From Eledone cirrhosa (Eukaryota): a stretch of 64,000 bases of DNA. The number at the start of each line of letters is the position of its first letter. Position 1 is the stretch's first letter. Shown piece after piece: positions 13,333 through 27,282 of this stretch. Where the stretch lies: positions 139,190,001 through 139,254,000 of the forward strand of contig OZ024741.1 in NCBI GenBank assembly GCA_964016885.1, written 5' to 3'. The notes beneath the pieces were generated by a model. It was not told where the DNA came from. It saw only the letters and a list, made by a program, of their open reading frames with translations, and did no database searches. The position numbers and the translations under genes were made by a program.

Positions 13333-16300
13333 GTAAATATCTTTAAGTCGTTTGGAAGCCTCGACAATGCAAAAGGGTAAATCTCCGGGTAACAAGATCC
13401 GGTGGTGGAGAGAGAGATGTAAGTGGGTGTACGTTGAGATGCGTGGTGTGTATAAGACGTGTAGAAGAATGAAGGAAAGAGTATAAAGGATAAAATAAAA
13501 ATAACAACACGAGATAGATTTACCTTGGGAGAGATTTAATTGTCCATATATATTTCGGATTCACATACATCAACTGGGGTTTTTTTTCCGGGGTGGGGGA
13601 AAGGTTTTCTGTCGGAAAGGTGCGAAACGCGTCCTCCGCTGTTTGTTGTTTTGAATATCTGAGGTATTCAGCAGAGCGCGCGTGCGCGTGAAATGGGGTC
13701 GGTCGGGCAGAGGTCAGCGGCCGAATGAGGGTGTGGGGTGGCGCTAGCTGTCAGTCCATTCTCTGGATGTTTGTTAAATGTTACTATGTGTGTGTGTGCG
13801 TGTGTTGTTGCCTTGTTCCTCTGTATTAGCAGTGTAGTATGTTCGTATGGTGGAATGCTACTGTGTGTGCGTGCGTGTGCGTGTGTAGTTGTCTCGTTTG
13901 TGTGTGTGTGTGTGTGCGTGTGTTGCTGCATCGTTGTTAACTTAAACCAGCCATCTCATTTCGCTTCTCTCGGATCGATTGTTTATTTGCGGTTGCAGGC
14001 GTTTGATAAAAAGCAGGGCCTCGTCTTTCCGGAAACACATAGACAAATGTGGAAACAAAGACGGAAGGCCCATTGTCACAATTCTAGCGAATGAAAGAAA
14101 CGTCGGCACGTTACGTATCAAGGAAGCGCTTTTTATCAAACCCCTGCAACCGCTAATAAACAATCGATCCGAGAGAAGCGAAATGAGATGGCTGGTTTAT
14201 GTTAACAAACGATGCAGCAACACACGCACACAGCCACACACTCAAGCGAGACAACAACACACGCACACACACACACACACAGTAACATTTAACAGACAGG
14301 CAGAGAATGGACTGACAGCTAGCGCCACCTCACACCCTCATTCGGCCGCTGACCTCTGTCCGACCGACCCCATTTCACGCGCACGCGCGCTCTGCTGAAT
14401 ACCTCAGATATTCAAAACAACAAACAGCTCAATACTCTCTTATCCTTACACCTGAACCAGGAATTGTTTGCATCCGTAAGGGAACTGTTTAGACTGTCGG
14501 AGAAATGGGCCAACGCTGGCTGTCAAATTATTTTCCTGAAACGCTGCCTAAAAAACTATGTCATCCCCAACACCATCAAGAACATCCGCTTACCAGTAAG
14601 CATACGTAGACCAGCCTTCCAAAACACCACTAACCACATACATCGCACGTGTATTAAACAGATCCTGAGATATCTCAACCGCCAATTACACTCTCAGAGC
14701 GGACACATCGACTGCCAATAGCACCCGAAGACTTGCTCCTGAAAATCACTAAAGCAAACGACCAGTGCTACCACTCCAGAGTCCAATCCGAGAAAAAACG
14801 GCTCAAGCGAAAATATGAGTGGATCTTGTCGAAACTCCACAACGAGAACATCGACACTAACGAACAGGCGGACCAGAACCACGTGGAAAACAACAACTTA
14901 ACAACTGCCACCGCCGCATCCACCAACACCGAGCCGTACATCAACGATGCGACGCACCTGGTCACCGACCTATCCGGCACTCTCACGAGCGACGAGCTGA
15001 AACTCCTAAACCTCGGATCCAAGTTCATCGTCTCAAAACGTCTCGACGACAGACTCAAACTCAACATCGAGGCCAACTTTTGTCGAGCCGCTTACCAACT
15101 TAAATGGGTGACCGCCATCAACAGCGCCACAGAAAATAACAGTGCCCACGCAACCCACCCCAAGTTCCCCACTTACCAACCCGACAACCCACTCCACCCC
15201 CCACCCACCAACCACGAACTCGACACTAAACTCATCAGGCTAAAACACTCCATCTCGGATATACTTCACAAAGACACACACACACGCACAACACATAACC
15301 TCAGCAAATCTCAACTCACCACTCTCTCCAACCTAAAATCGAAGAATCTCATCTATCTCCCCTCCGACAAGTGTAAAGAATTCTGCGTCATCAGCAGAGA
15401 GGCCTACAACACCCTGGCCCTCCAACACCTTGACGATGACAACCTCTACTCCAAGGTCACGGGAATCACCCCCGCGCAGATAGAAGAGCACATCAACGCC
15501 CCCTGGACCAACATCTGCGACCGGCGGAAGCTCCGGAAGAAGCTGAGATAGAACCTCCTCACGAGGAACAGCAGACTATCCGCCTTCTACTACCTCGTGA
15601 AAACACACAAACAGGCACCCGACCTGAAGATCAGGCCCATCGTATCGAGCGTGGAGGGACCACTCTACAAAATTTCATGGATCCTAGCCAGAATACTCAA
15701 ACCCAACTTAGACACCTTGCCGGGACACGTTAACAGCTCCGAGGAGGTGTTGAAGCGCCTGCATCAAATGGATCCCGACACCAGAAGGAATAACATATAT
15801 GCCTTCATTCTTGATGTAGTCGCTCTCTACACCTCGGTCCCGGCACTCCCGGCCGTCAATATACTGATGGAACGCGTCCAATCCACCGACCTACACTGCT
15901 TCGGGCTCACCACCACTGACATCCACCAACTCCTATCCATCGTTGTCGACAACACCTACTTCGGATAACTTGACCAAACATACCAAAAAACCTCGGGATT
16001 GCCCATGGGATCAAGCCTGTCAGGTGTGCTAGCGATCTCTTACATGGACAACCTCGAGCGCAAGTTACTCAACGCCTGCCACACCAGCGCGGTAGCCTTT
16101 TTCTCAAGGTACGTGGACTATATCCTCATCCTCACATCTTCCCAAGACACGGCGAACAGAATCTATGAGACGTTCAACAACACGGACGAGGACACATCAC
16201 GGAACAGTGAAGGATCCACTGCAACTTCTACCGAAAGGCAGCCTGCAGGGACCTGTTCGTTCACTACAAGTCCGCTCTCCCTAACAGTGCCAAAAGAGGA

Positions 16301-17608
16301 TACATCACGAACGAGATCGCGTGAATCAAAAACAGATGCAGCGATCCCGCGAGTGGTGTCACTCATACCAAGCGATTCCTCGAGGTGCTGGAGATGAACG
16401 GGTACCCTACCTCGCTCACAGACAGAATAGGAGACACCAGACACAAGACACAGAGAGGCACCCAATGCAAGTGCTTCCTTAAAATGACACACCTGGGTGA
16501 GAATACCACCAACGCTATCCGCAAGGCTATACGGAGGGAGGGCCTCGACATCTACCTGGCCCACTCGGGCCCCTCCCTGCGAAGATGCCTCTCCAGGAAA
16601 CCCGGGAAATCTACTGACGCATGCTCCCTCAGAGACTGCCCGATACGCCATGCGAACTGTTGCCTACGCACATACGTCGTGTATAAGATAGAATGTGACC
16701 AGTGCAAGCAATACTATATAGGTAGCACAATCCGACCTTTGCACATCCGGAAACACATAGACAAATGCGGAAACAAAGACGGAAGGCCCATTGTCACAAT
16801 TCTAGCGACTGAAAGAAACGTCGACACGTTACGTATCAAGGAAGCGCTTTTTATCAAACTACTGCAACCGCAAATAAACAATCGATCTGAGAGAAGCGAA
16901 ATGAGATGGATGGTCTAAGTTAACAAACGATGCAGCAACACACGCGCACACACACACACACACACACACAAACGAGACAACTACACACGCACACACACAC
17001 AGTAGCATTCCACCATAATAACATACTACACTGCCAATACAGAGGAACGACTCAACAACACACGCACACATACACACACTCAAGCGAGACAACAACACAC
17101 GCACACACACGCACAGTAACATTTAACAAACAGGCAGAGAATGGACTGACAGCTAGCGCCACCCCACACCCTCATTCGGCCGCTGACCTCTGTCCGACCC
17201 ACCCCATTTCACGCGCACGCGCGCTCTGCTGAATACCTCAGATATTCAAAACAACAAACAGCGGAGGACGCGTTTCGCACCTTTCCGACAGAAAACTTTT
17301 CCCCCACCCCGGAAAAAAACCCCAGTTGATGGATGTGAATCCGAAATATATAGGGACAATTAAATCTCTCCCAAGGTAACTCTCTCTCGTGTTGTTATTT
17401 TTATTTTATCCTTTATACTCTTACTTTCATTCTTCTACACGTCTTATACACGCCACGCATCTCAACGTACACCCACTTACATCTCACTCTCCACCACCGG
17501 ATCTTGTTACCCGTAGATTTACCCTTTTGCATTGTCGAGGCTTCCAAACGACTTAATAAAGATATTTACTTATTATTCCACAATGCTTCAAGCAAGCTTC
17601 AATACTCT

Positions 17609-17610
<2 letters not shown>
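13333..17610 (+). mobile_element. Penelope/Poseidon-type PLE, near full length, with inverted and direct 5' pLTR copies
   Basis: 13333-14014 is the reverse complement of about 16846-17569. 14012-14443 is a direct copy of the 3' end. Both flanks are (TA)n. Confidence 0.92.
14431..16918 (+). pseudogene. PLE RT plus GIY-YIG ORF, disrupted
   Basis: Motifs IIFLKRCL, KTHK..IRPIVS, LDVVALYTSVP, PMGSSLSG, RYVDY (from YVDD), VVYKIECDQCKQYYIGST and IKEALFIK..PQIN, with several stops and frameshifts. Confidence 0.92.
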
Positions 17611-17660
<50 letters not shown>

Positions 17661-17664
<4 letters not shown>

Positions 17665-17857
17665 TGAGATTCTACAGGACTAGAACTGTTTCATTCTTTA
17701 GAATTCATCAGGAATCTCCTGATGAGATTCCTGATGATTTCTAAAGAATGAAACAGTTCTAGTCCTATAGAATCTCATCTATATTAAAACTTTTATACTC
17801 TGCAATGTATTGAGTACCTTACTCACTGTGGTTACCTCCGATTCAACCCGGAATAAC

Positions 17858-17858
<1 letters not shown>
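17661..17858. mobile_element. mini pLTR hairpin element with back-to-back hammerheads
   Basis: Inverted arms at about 17661-17718 and 17724-17781; same tail as 6427-6498; embedded in (TA)n. Confidence 0.8.
17666..17718 (-). ncRNA. intact type I hammerhead ribozyme
   Basis: gagattc-CTGATGA-attc(taaa)gaat-GAAA-cag(ttctagtc)ctg-TA-gaatctc; all three stems are Watson-Crick and the cleavage triplet is GUA. Confidence 0.88.
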
Positions 17859-17919
<61 letters not shown>

Positions 17920-18007
17920 GAACACTGGTAGGTTATATTCGTAGTAATAGAGCATTCAGTGCATGGAATGAGTTTGGTAGAAGTAGTTCTACATTCAGTT
18001 CACCATT

Positions 18008-18050
18008 ACCGAGAACAATTGTTTCACCTTATTCGCATCATCAGCTCGGT
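18008..18050 (-). ncRNA. minimal type I hammerhead in pLTR fragment (about 17918-18060)
   Basis: accgag-CTGATGA-(weak stem II)-GAAA-caattg-TT-ctcggt, with a palindromic stem III. Confidence 0.7.
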
Positions 18051-18838
18051 TTAAATGAGGTTGTACGGAAAAGGAAAAACAGCTGTACGAATAGGCATGT
18101 GCTGAAACAGTCACTTCCCAAAGGGAAGGGAAACCCATGATAGATTTGTGATAGGGAGATGGCTGTGGATACTCAGATTAATAATAGATTATTATCATGT
18201 AATAGATTATTCATATTTTGTTGGGAAAACCAGCGGTCGCCTCTCAAAATTCTGCACTCAAAGATGATGATGTTTTCCAACAAAAAGTTATAAACCGATG
18301 TTGCTCGACACGGGTCTATATACAGCTCATAGATAAACTTTATATAAAATGATTATCATACCCCAAGGAAAAGTAAAGGCTAATAGAGCTCTCACCAGTG
18401 TTATCTCACATGTCTTTTTACAAGTTAATTGGAGTGGGGCAGCCTGAAATCATGCGTCATGGTTAAGGACACAATTCACCGACATGTCATAGTAACGAAC
18501 TCTTAAGACTGGAATCTAATACCGAAAACACTAGCCCACGTGTAGTCACAAGTATTTGGTAAAAGCAATTCAATATAGTAATAGATCAAGTGTAATAGTT
18601 TAGTGTAAAATAGTGAATTGGTAACAGTTAATATTATGTAGGTCGTTTAAATGTAATAATTTATAGCACTTGAGGCGTTTGTCAAATATTCATATTTTAA
18701 GTGAAATTTGGTAATTGACTAAAAGCAGATATTTCCGTATTCAATATTAGAATTCTGGTATTATATTTTTAAAAAAAGTTTAGATGGATTTTAAGTAGTT
18801 TGAGATAAATGTATTTAAATTTTATTGTCACACCTCCC

Positions 18839-18895
<57 letters not shown>

Positions 18896-19053
18896 TATAT
18901 ATACATATATATACGTGTATTTGGGGTCGAGTGACGCAACTTCGAGTGATTAGCGGCCTCTCGACTCACCTGATCAATGAAACAATTGTTAATTGCCCCT
19001 TGTTGTACAGCCGACCATGTTATTCTCCAATCTTTCACTATATATATATATAG

Positions 19054-19095
<42 letters not shown>

Positions 19096-19409
19096 TGTGT
19101 GCGTGTGTGTGTGTGTGTGCACGTGCGTGCGTTCGTGTGTGTCTCTGTAATTATTTATATATGTTTATATAATGATGGAGATGAGAAACAGTATATATCA
19201 TTCTAAGAGGAAATCAACTCAATAGAATAAATTTTTCTTACGGAATAAACTAATGATCTTTTTATCTTTTACCGCCGGAACTTTGGAAACTATGACCATG
19301 CTTTACATCTTACCTATGCACATCCAATGCGTCTTTCAAAACTCCTATGATCCCATCGTTTGCGTAAATGATCCCGTATATAATAGTCACGTTTTAAATT
19401 CTTTAGAAT

Positions 19410-19803
19410 AAAGCTTATTACGGACATGTTGTTAGAGTATCTCTGAAAAGAATAACTGAAGAGAAAATAAACCGACAGGAAACCTAGGCGAAAATCTCGA
19501 GCAATATGCTTGGATAATAGCCATGAGCGCGGCTGCTCTAACTTGTGTATCCAGCAGTTTCAATTTGAGAGTTGCTTGACAAGACCTGCAGGAAGGCGTG
19601 CTTGTGGATCTGCCCCCACCACCTTCACTGACATAATAATAATAAAACGAAGAAGAAGAAGAAGAAAAAGAAAAAGAAGAAGAAGAAGAAGAAGAAGAAG
19701 AAGAAGAAGAAGAAGAAGAAGAAGAAGAAGAAGAAGAAGAAGAAGAAGAAGAAGAAGAAGAAGAAGAAGAAGAAGAAGAAGAAGAAGAAGAAGAAGAAGA
19801 AGA
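19410..19803 (+). mobile_element. RTE LINE 3' end with expanded (GAA)n tail
   Basis: YYGHVVR and ..ctgcccccac.. are similar to 52055-52292, which also ends in gaagaagaag. Confidence 0.65.
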
Positions 19804-22166
19804 ACATTCTGGAGAGGAATATGGGAGCAGGATGTTAAACATAATGACCAGGCAGTGTGGATTGTGACAGTGCAGAAGGAGATTAGTGAACAGGCACACC
19901 AACAAACTGATTTGAGTATCACAGTTGAAACTCTTAAGGGGCAGGCCAAAAGACTAACGAACTGGAGATCACCAGGCCCAGATGGTGTGCAGGGGTATTG
20001 GATAAAAAATATAACATCCCTCCACCCGAAACTGACAACCATGTTCAATGATTGCTTGATGTCAGGTGAGGTACCAGAGTGGTTGACAAAAGGTACCACA
20101 GTTCTGATAATGAAAGACCGAATCAAGGGTAATGATGTTACCAACTATAGACCTATCACATGTCTGTCCGTAATGTGGAAACTGTTGACAAGCATTATGT
20201 CTGAGGAAATCTACCATCACCTCCACACAAACAACTTGTTACCGGACGAACAGAAAGGATGCCGAAAGAAGTCCCGTGGTACAAAGGACCAGTTACTTAT
20301 TGATAAGATGGTAATGAGGAATAGCAAGAGGAGACACACTGGTCTTGCCATGGGATGGATAGACTACAAAAAGGCATTTGACATGGTGCCTCATTCTTGG
20401 ATCACCAAGAGACTTTAGATCTTCAGGGTGGCAGATAACATCAGACAGTTGTTGGGCAAAAGTATGAAGTCCTGGGAAACAGAGTTAACATCAGCTGGAG
20501 AATCCTTGGGAAGCGTGAAGATCAAGAGAGGTATCTTCCAGGGAGATAGTCTGTCCCCTCTGTTGTTTGTCCTTGCCCTGATGCCCCTGACCAGTATACT
20601 GCGAAAAGTGAGAGCAGGATACAGGTTGGGAAAGGGAAGGCTTACCATCAATCACCTCCTCTTCAAGGAGGATCTTAAGCTCTTCGGGAAGAGTGAGAAC
20701 GAGTTGGATGTGCTTGTTGACACTGTCCGTATTTTCAGCAATGATATATGTATGCAATTTGGTATTAGTAAGTGTGGAGTCCTTGTAATGAAGAGGGGTA
20801 AATTGAGCAGAAGCAACGGAATCCAGATACCAAGAGGTGAGATGATAAAGGAAATTGACACTGAAGAAGGATACAAGTATTTGGGTGTTCTGGGGGCTGA
20901 GGTCATCAAGAACAAAAAAATGAAGGAATTGATAAGATCTGAATACATTCGGAGAGTAAGGAGCGTATTAAAGTCACATCTAATCAGTAGGAATGCCATA
21001 AGTGCAGTAAATTCTCGAGCTGTGTCTATTATTAGGTACAGTGCGGGAATTCTGAGATGGAATGTTGCTGAACAAAAAGAATAGATAGGAAGACAAGGAA
21101 GCTATTGACTATCTACAACATGTTCCACAAGAGGAGTGATGTCGATAGACTCTACTTAGGGAGATCTGAAGGTGGAAGAGGTCTTATCAGCATAGAGGAC
21201 TGTGTTCAGATGGAGAAAAACAACCTACACAAATACGTGACTGATAGTAAGGAGCCAATGCTCAGAACTGTACTGAAGGAGAGGACAATAGACCAAGGGA
21301 TGTCCAAGGAGGAAATAACATCAAGGAGAAAGAGCAGCCTTCAGGAAAAATCCCTTCATAGTACCTTCTTTGAGAAAACTGAATTCAAAGATCCACAAAC
21401 TGGTTGAAAAGAGGAGACCATAAAAAGGCTACAGAAGGAATGTTAATGGTTGCGCAAGAGCAGGCCCTCAAAACGAAGTGGTTGAAACACCATATTTACA
21501 AGGAGGAGGCTAGCCCACTGTGCAGGATCTGTGGAGAGAGAGAGGAGACTGTGGCTCACATTGTATCCGAGTGGACTCACCTGGCCCAGACTCACTATAA
21601 GGGCTGGAGACATGATGTGATGGGACGGGTGATCGACTGGCACCTATGCAAAGTAAACAATTTACCACATTCTGAGAAGTGGTATGTGCATAAGCCAGAG
21701 TCGGTGATAGAAAACGATCAGGTGAAGGTGCTGTGGGATTTTAGGATACAGAGGGACAAGAAACTGGAACACAATAGACCTGACCTGGTGGTTGTGGACA
21801 AAGAAAAAAGATCGTGCCTGATTGTGGATGTGGCCTACCCATTCCACACGAGAGTGCATGAGAAGGAGAGGGAGAAAATTAACCGATAACAGGACTTAAA
21901 GTGGGAGGTAAAAAGGATTTGGAACTGCCATGAAGTCAAAGTGGTCCCGATTGTCATCGGCGCACTAGGTACTATCTCAACATGTTTCCAGGGATCGTTA
22001 AAGAAAATTGGCCCCTTCACGCTTTTTGGAACGCTTCAAAAGGCATGCTTGCTGGGAACAGCAAGAACCCTCCGATAGGTCCTGAATATCTGAGGCTGCA
22101 GGTAGTGGCTTGATATTCATTTCAACAAACTGTCCTGTTAACTAACATCAATGACTGAGAATCAAA

Positions 22167-22167
<1 letters not shown>
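19804..22167 (+). mobile_element. R4/Dong-clade RLE non-LTR retrotransposon, 5'-truncated and disrupted
   Basis: WRSPGPDG, NYRPITCL, EQKG..GTKDQLL, IDYKKAFD, GIFQGDSLSP, zinc knuckle CRICGEREETVAH, RHD and RPDLV (RLE); followed by (AAT)n. Confidence 0.93.
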
Positions 22168-22230
<63 letters not shown>

Positions 22231-22231
<1 letters not shown>

Positions 22232-22545
22232 TTTTCTTTATTAACCACAAGGGTTCACATAAAGTAGACATTAAGGACAGTACAGGACAATACAGGACGG
22301 TACAAATGGGCATTTCTGCGTGTAAAAAAACAGAGGTTGAAATAAAATAACAAAGAAAAATTCCCCAATAGGGGGGGAGACTTCCAAGGGACATTTGTGG
22401 AGAAAGCCCATTAAAAGACCACAGTGGCCCTGACCACCAGGGCAAGTGCCCTCTCCCAGTTTTCCACCTTTAATTTACAGACACATACTCAGAGAAGGCC
22501 CATTCATTCGGGCCATACTTGCTTCTCTCACCCATCTTTCAACAA
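22231..22545 (-). mobile_element. 3' end of an unidentified retroelement with (ATT)n tail
   Basis: Minus strand ends ccttgtggttAATAAAgaaaac followed by (att)n. Confidence 0.4.
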
Positions 22546-22558
22546 ATAATAATAATAA

Positions 22559-25500
22559 GTAAATGTCTAATGATAATATCTCATACCGGATCGGCCGTCA
22601 CCCGGGTAAAAAAGGGCCGCGTCCCTCAGGGAGGAACCAGACTGGGGTCGAACAATCAGCTAATGGTTCAAACCTTCCCATCACTTCGGAGCTGGAGACC
22701 TCCCATAACCGGAATACTCCTACTGTTGGCCCTCCATGCTCACCACCAAGAAATCCAAAGAAAAAGAGAGAAAAATGGTCAAGGGAAGATAATAAAGATG
22801 TCTTTGAGGCTTTCTACACTGCCATGTACTACCCATCAAATACATCGAATACAGAACAGACATATATCAACTGGAAAAAGAAACATCCCGAAAACAGAGT
22901 CTATATTGACAGTAACAAACTAGCCAACATACGAAGAAACATTGTAAAAAAAAAGTTACTAACTGATATAGAAATTGATCAGATCAAGCTATTAGCACAA
23001 CGTCAGCGAAGGGAAAATGAAACATGTGTCAGTGAAAACGAGGTAAATTGTAACACTTCGAATTCCAGGGTTGGGGCGGAATCACTGGCAACAGAACAAA
23101 TTAAAGAAAGGATCGAAAAAGTGGAGGGAGTGCATGCTCAAAATGAAACTCCAAATGAAAATAATGAGATCGTAAATGATAAAGAAATGAATGAGAATGA
23201 ACTTGCCAACTTGAAGGATGAAATTATGATCGAATGGATGAAAATGAAAGAATCTGACATGAGGCAACGAGACACCCTCCCTAAGATCCAGAACTCCAAA
23301 CAGAACGAAAAGATAATACACAAGAGTAACATAATTCTCAAAAACATTATCATCACAAAGAAACTAAACATTACTGATTTAAATCATCTCTATTATGCAT
23401 CGGCTAAAGTCACCACTCACTTATGTGGAGTGAAGATGAACAAACAAAGGAATTCCTACAAGAAATCTACTTGGCAAGAGAACATTTAATCGCCAAATAA
23501 ACCTTCTCCGATCTGACATAGAAATTTTAACAAACTATAAAGTAGATGAACATGTTAAACAAACTAAACTTAGAAAATTGAAAAGAAAGTACAGTATAAA
23601 ATCAACAAGTGACATAGACATGCTGATAGAAATAATCAAATAAAAAGTGTCGGCCAAAGCTGCTCGGTTAAAGCGCTTTGAAAAACGATCTAGATTCTAT
23701 AAGGACAATAATATGTTCAAAAACAACCAAAGAAACTTCTACAGAAAAATTGGTAAATCAACAATAACTGCTAAATCAATACCACCCAAGGAGGAAGTGC
23801 AAGAATTCTGGGAAAAGATCTGGGCCGAAGAAAAAGTTCATAACATACATGCCCCATGGATAGACAGACAAATGAAAGATACAGCTCACCTTGAGGAACA
23901 AATATGGGAAAATATAACAGTTGAACAGTTGCGCTTGGCTCTAAGAAAAACCAGCAAATGGAAATCCCCAGGAAAAGACAAAATACAAAACTTTTGGATA
24001 AATGCCTTCACAGAGTCTCATGAGCTGTTAGCCCAACTTTACAATGAAATAGTTAAGGAGCCAGAAAAGATACGATGAGACAAACAATCCCAAAAATTAC
24101 AGACCGATAACTTGCTTGACCACAATGTATAACATCAGTCCTAACTGAATACACATATGACCACCTGATAACAAATGACCTATTTCCCATTGAACAGAAA
24201 GGGTGTAAACGAGGCTCATATGGCTGTCAGGATCAGCTTCAGGTTAACAAAATGATACTGGAAGATTGTCATAATAGACACAAAAATCTGTCGATTGCTT
24301 GGATAGATTATAAAAAAGCATTCGATAGTTTGCCACACAGTTGGATTGAAAAATGTTTAGAGATTTTCAAAATATCCCCCGTTGTCAGGAGGTTTTTGTC
24401 ATTCAGTATGAAGACATGGAAAACGACACTCCTTTTGAATAGTGAAACAAAATCAATGGAAGCTGGAGAAGTTAATATTAATTGTGGAATTTTTCAGGGT
24501 GACTCTTTATCACCGCTTTTATTCTGCATCGCACTTATACCATTAAGTAAAATGGTCAATGAAACAAAACATGGATATAAAGTCTATGACAAAACCTTTA
24601 ATCACTTGTTCTACATGGATGACCTGAAACTATTTGCCAAAAATGATGAACAATTGCAAGGGCTATTATCCACTGTGAAGCAATTCAGTGATGACATTAA
24701 AATGGAGTTTGGACTAGACAAATGCGCTAAAGCAACGTTCACCAGAGGAAAGCTGCTGAAGAGTTCAGACATTAATCTTGATCGGGGGAGCGTGATTAGA
24801 GAACTTGATCAAGAAAAAACTTACAAATATCTAGGTGTTTGTGAAGGAGACGGAATCAAGCTCTCGACAATGAGGGAAAGGACAAAGAAGGAATGTTACC
24901 GCAGAGTAAGAGCAATCTTAAGAACGGAATTGAATGCAAGGAATAGGATCGATGCCATAAACACGCTTGCCATACTAGTAGTAACCTACAGTTACAATGT
25001 CATCAACTGGTCAAGCACAGAGATCCGTAGGCTCGATACAAAAATTCGAAAACTCTTACCCATGCACAGAATGCATCACCCTAAGGCAGATATAGATAGA
25101 ATATATGTCCCTAGGAAAGAAGGAGGACGTGGGCTAATCCAGTTAGACATTGCGTTGAAAACTGCAACAATTGGATTATCTACATATCTAAGGGAATCAC
25201 ATGATTGGATGATCAAACTCGTTTTAAAACATGAAAGCATGAAAAGATCATATTACATTATAAATGCTGCACAAAGATAAAGTAATGAACTAAAAATTTC
25301 AGAAGTCCCATTTACTGCTGAAATGAAAACCACTGAAAAAGCAAAGCAGGTAAAAGAAATGCAAAGAAAGAACTGCTATAGAAACTGGCTAAGAAATGGC
25401 AAGAAAAGCCTCTGTATGGAAAATACCCAGAGCGAGCTAACAATCCTGATGTTGACAAAACTTTAACCCATCAGTGTTTGGCATCCTCTGGACTGAAATC

Positions 25501-26304
25501 GGAGACTGAAGGACTGATTATATCAGCACAAGATCAGTGTCTGCCAACAAAAAATTACCAAGCCAACATAATAAAAAATGGATGCAGCCCATTATGCCGT
25601 GTATGCAAAAAACAACCAGAGACCATTGACCATATAATTTCAATGTGCAGTCCTATAGCTCCAACCGAATACCTAAACAGGCATGACAGAGCTGCACAAT
25701 ACATACATTGGATAATGTGTAAGCATTTTGACCTGCCCCATCAAAAGAATTGGTGGGAGCATCAACCACCTCCCATACTTGAAAAAGATCACATCTCAAT
25801 CTTGTGGAACTTTAGCATCGAAACAGACCGAAAAATAGATGCAAATAGACCTGATATAATATTGAAGGACTTTAAAAAGAGGGTATGCCTGCTAATTGAT
25901 ATGTCTGTTCCAATAGACAAGAATGTATCTATGAACACATTTGAAAAATTGAGCAAGTATAAAGACCTGGAGATAGAAATTAGAAAAATGTGGAAATTGA
26001 GAACTAAAACAATACCAGTGGTTGTAGGCGCTCTGGGAATGATACCTAAGGGGTCTAATGATTACTTATCGCAAATCCCAGGAAACCCGCGTATAGGAGA
26101 AATACAAAAGATAGTACTAATGGGTACTGCCCATATACTAAGGAAGATTATGTCAATATAAGTACATCACAAGTCTAACCACTAAAGATGCATGTGTGAG
26201 TATGTATGTTCTTCCTTGAACATGGCGGACCTTGTTGTCTCTTGAGGTCACTGGTTGTGACTTGGTGATAACTCGTATGAACATAAAGTAAGATAAATGC
26301 AACT

Positions 26305-26305
<1 letters not shown>
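22559..26305 (+). mobile_element. R4/Dong-clade RLE non-LTR retrotransposon, apparently full length and disrupted
   Basis: A single broken ORF at 22563-26161 contains N-terminal KWSREDN..W..LANIRRNI, RT YMDDLKLF, CCHC CRVC..HIISMC, RHD and RPDII..D..K..KY. (TAA)n lies on both sides. Confidence 0.95.
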
Positions 26306-26348
<43 letters not shown>

Positions 26349-26724
26349 TTATAGCTAATACGAGAGTTTCTAAGTATTATATCATCTCGACGAATTTCTC
26401 TATATATTCAATAAATATCAAAACCCTTTAAAGAGCCTTTATCGAATTATAAACAGTTTTGAAGCAAAAAGCAACGTTAGAAACTACGAAACTCTTAGAA
26501 AGATAAAAGAAAGACCCGAATATTATAATTAAATTAGCAATGGATGGGACCGTTGTGTACAAGAAAAATTCATATATAACAATATATTTATATTGTTATA
26601 TATGAATTCTTTATAGTTCGCAGGCCTCCGCTATTCAGACTAGTGTGCTGAATTTTAAATTGCAGAGTTGGTATAGATGACAGGAACACCCCCAACGGAT
26701 GAGTTTTCCATCTTTTGTGCTGCG

Positions 26725-26755
<31 letters not shown>

Positions 26756-26759
26756 TTAT

Positions 26760-26806
<47 letters not shown>

Positions 26807-26864
26807 ATAGTAGTAGTAGTAGTAGTAGTAATAGTAGTAGTAGTAGTCGTAGTTTTATATCACT

Positions 26865-27235
26865 TTTTTCTTGTTCTCCTTTTTCTTTTTCTTCTTACTC
26901 TGCCCGCAAGCGATGAGGAGTGATTACGTTTATTGCATTTGTCCATATTGCAGATTATTTTGGGCATGATCACATCAATCAGCAATTTAGTAATTTTCTC
27001 AGTCCGACCTGCGAAGAATTTGCTTTTCATGAAGCGGTCTTTACTCGGCTCGTTCTGAATAATTCATTGGTTTGTAAGAATATTCTGGAGAATTGAATTG
27101 CCATGCCTTGTTTCACCTCTCCTAGCAGCCTGCCGCAGTTTAGTTCAGCGTTACTGATTCGTAAGAGAGGAGTCCACGTATATCGCAACGAACCATCATA
27201 TCCGTCATCCGTGGCCCATTCACTACCAGAAGACC
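26865..27235 (-). mobile_element. degenerate RTE-like LINE 3' remnant
   Basis: Patchy RTE C-terminal-like peptides (TWT, TNELF, FAG) and a (GAA)-like tail on the minus strand. Confidence 0.35.
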
Positions 27236-27282
27236 TCTGCTGAGAAAAATGTAATCTCTAGTAATAATAGAAATATATAATA

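Noticed and set aside
17263-17360. Intact hammerhead in the Penelope pLTR
   Set aside because: Only partial motifs are present (antisense GAAACGCGTC; ggat-gtga-atcc-GAAA-tata-TA), without a CTGANGA core.
19510-20418. Poly-Arg fused to RT as a novel protein
   Set aside because: A chance frame through an RTE remnant, a (GAA)n tail and a truncated R4 element.
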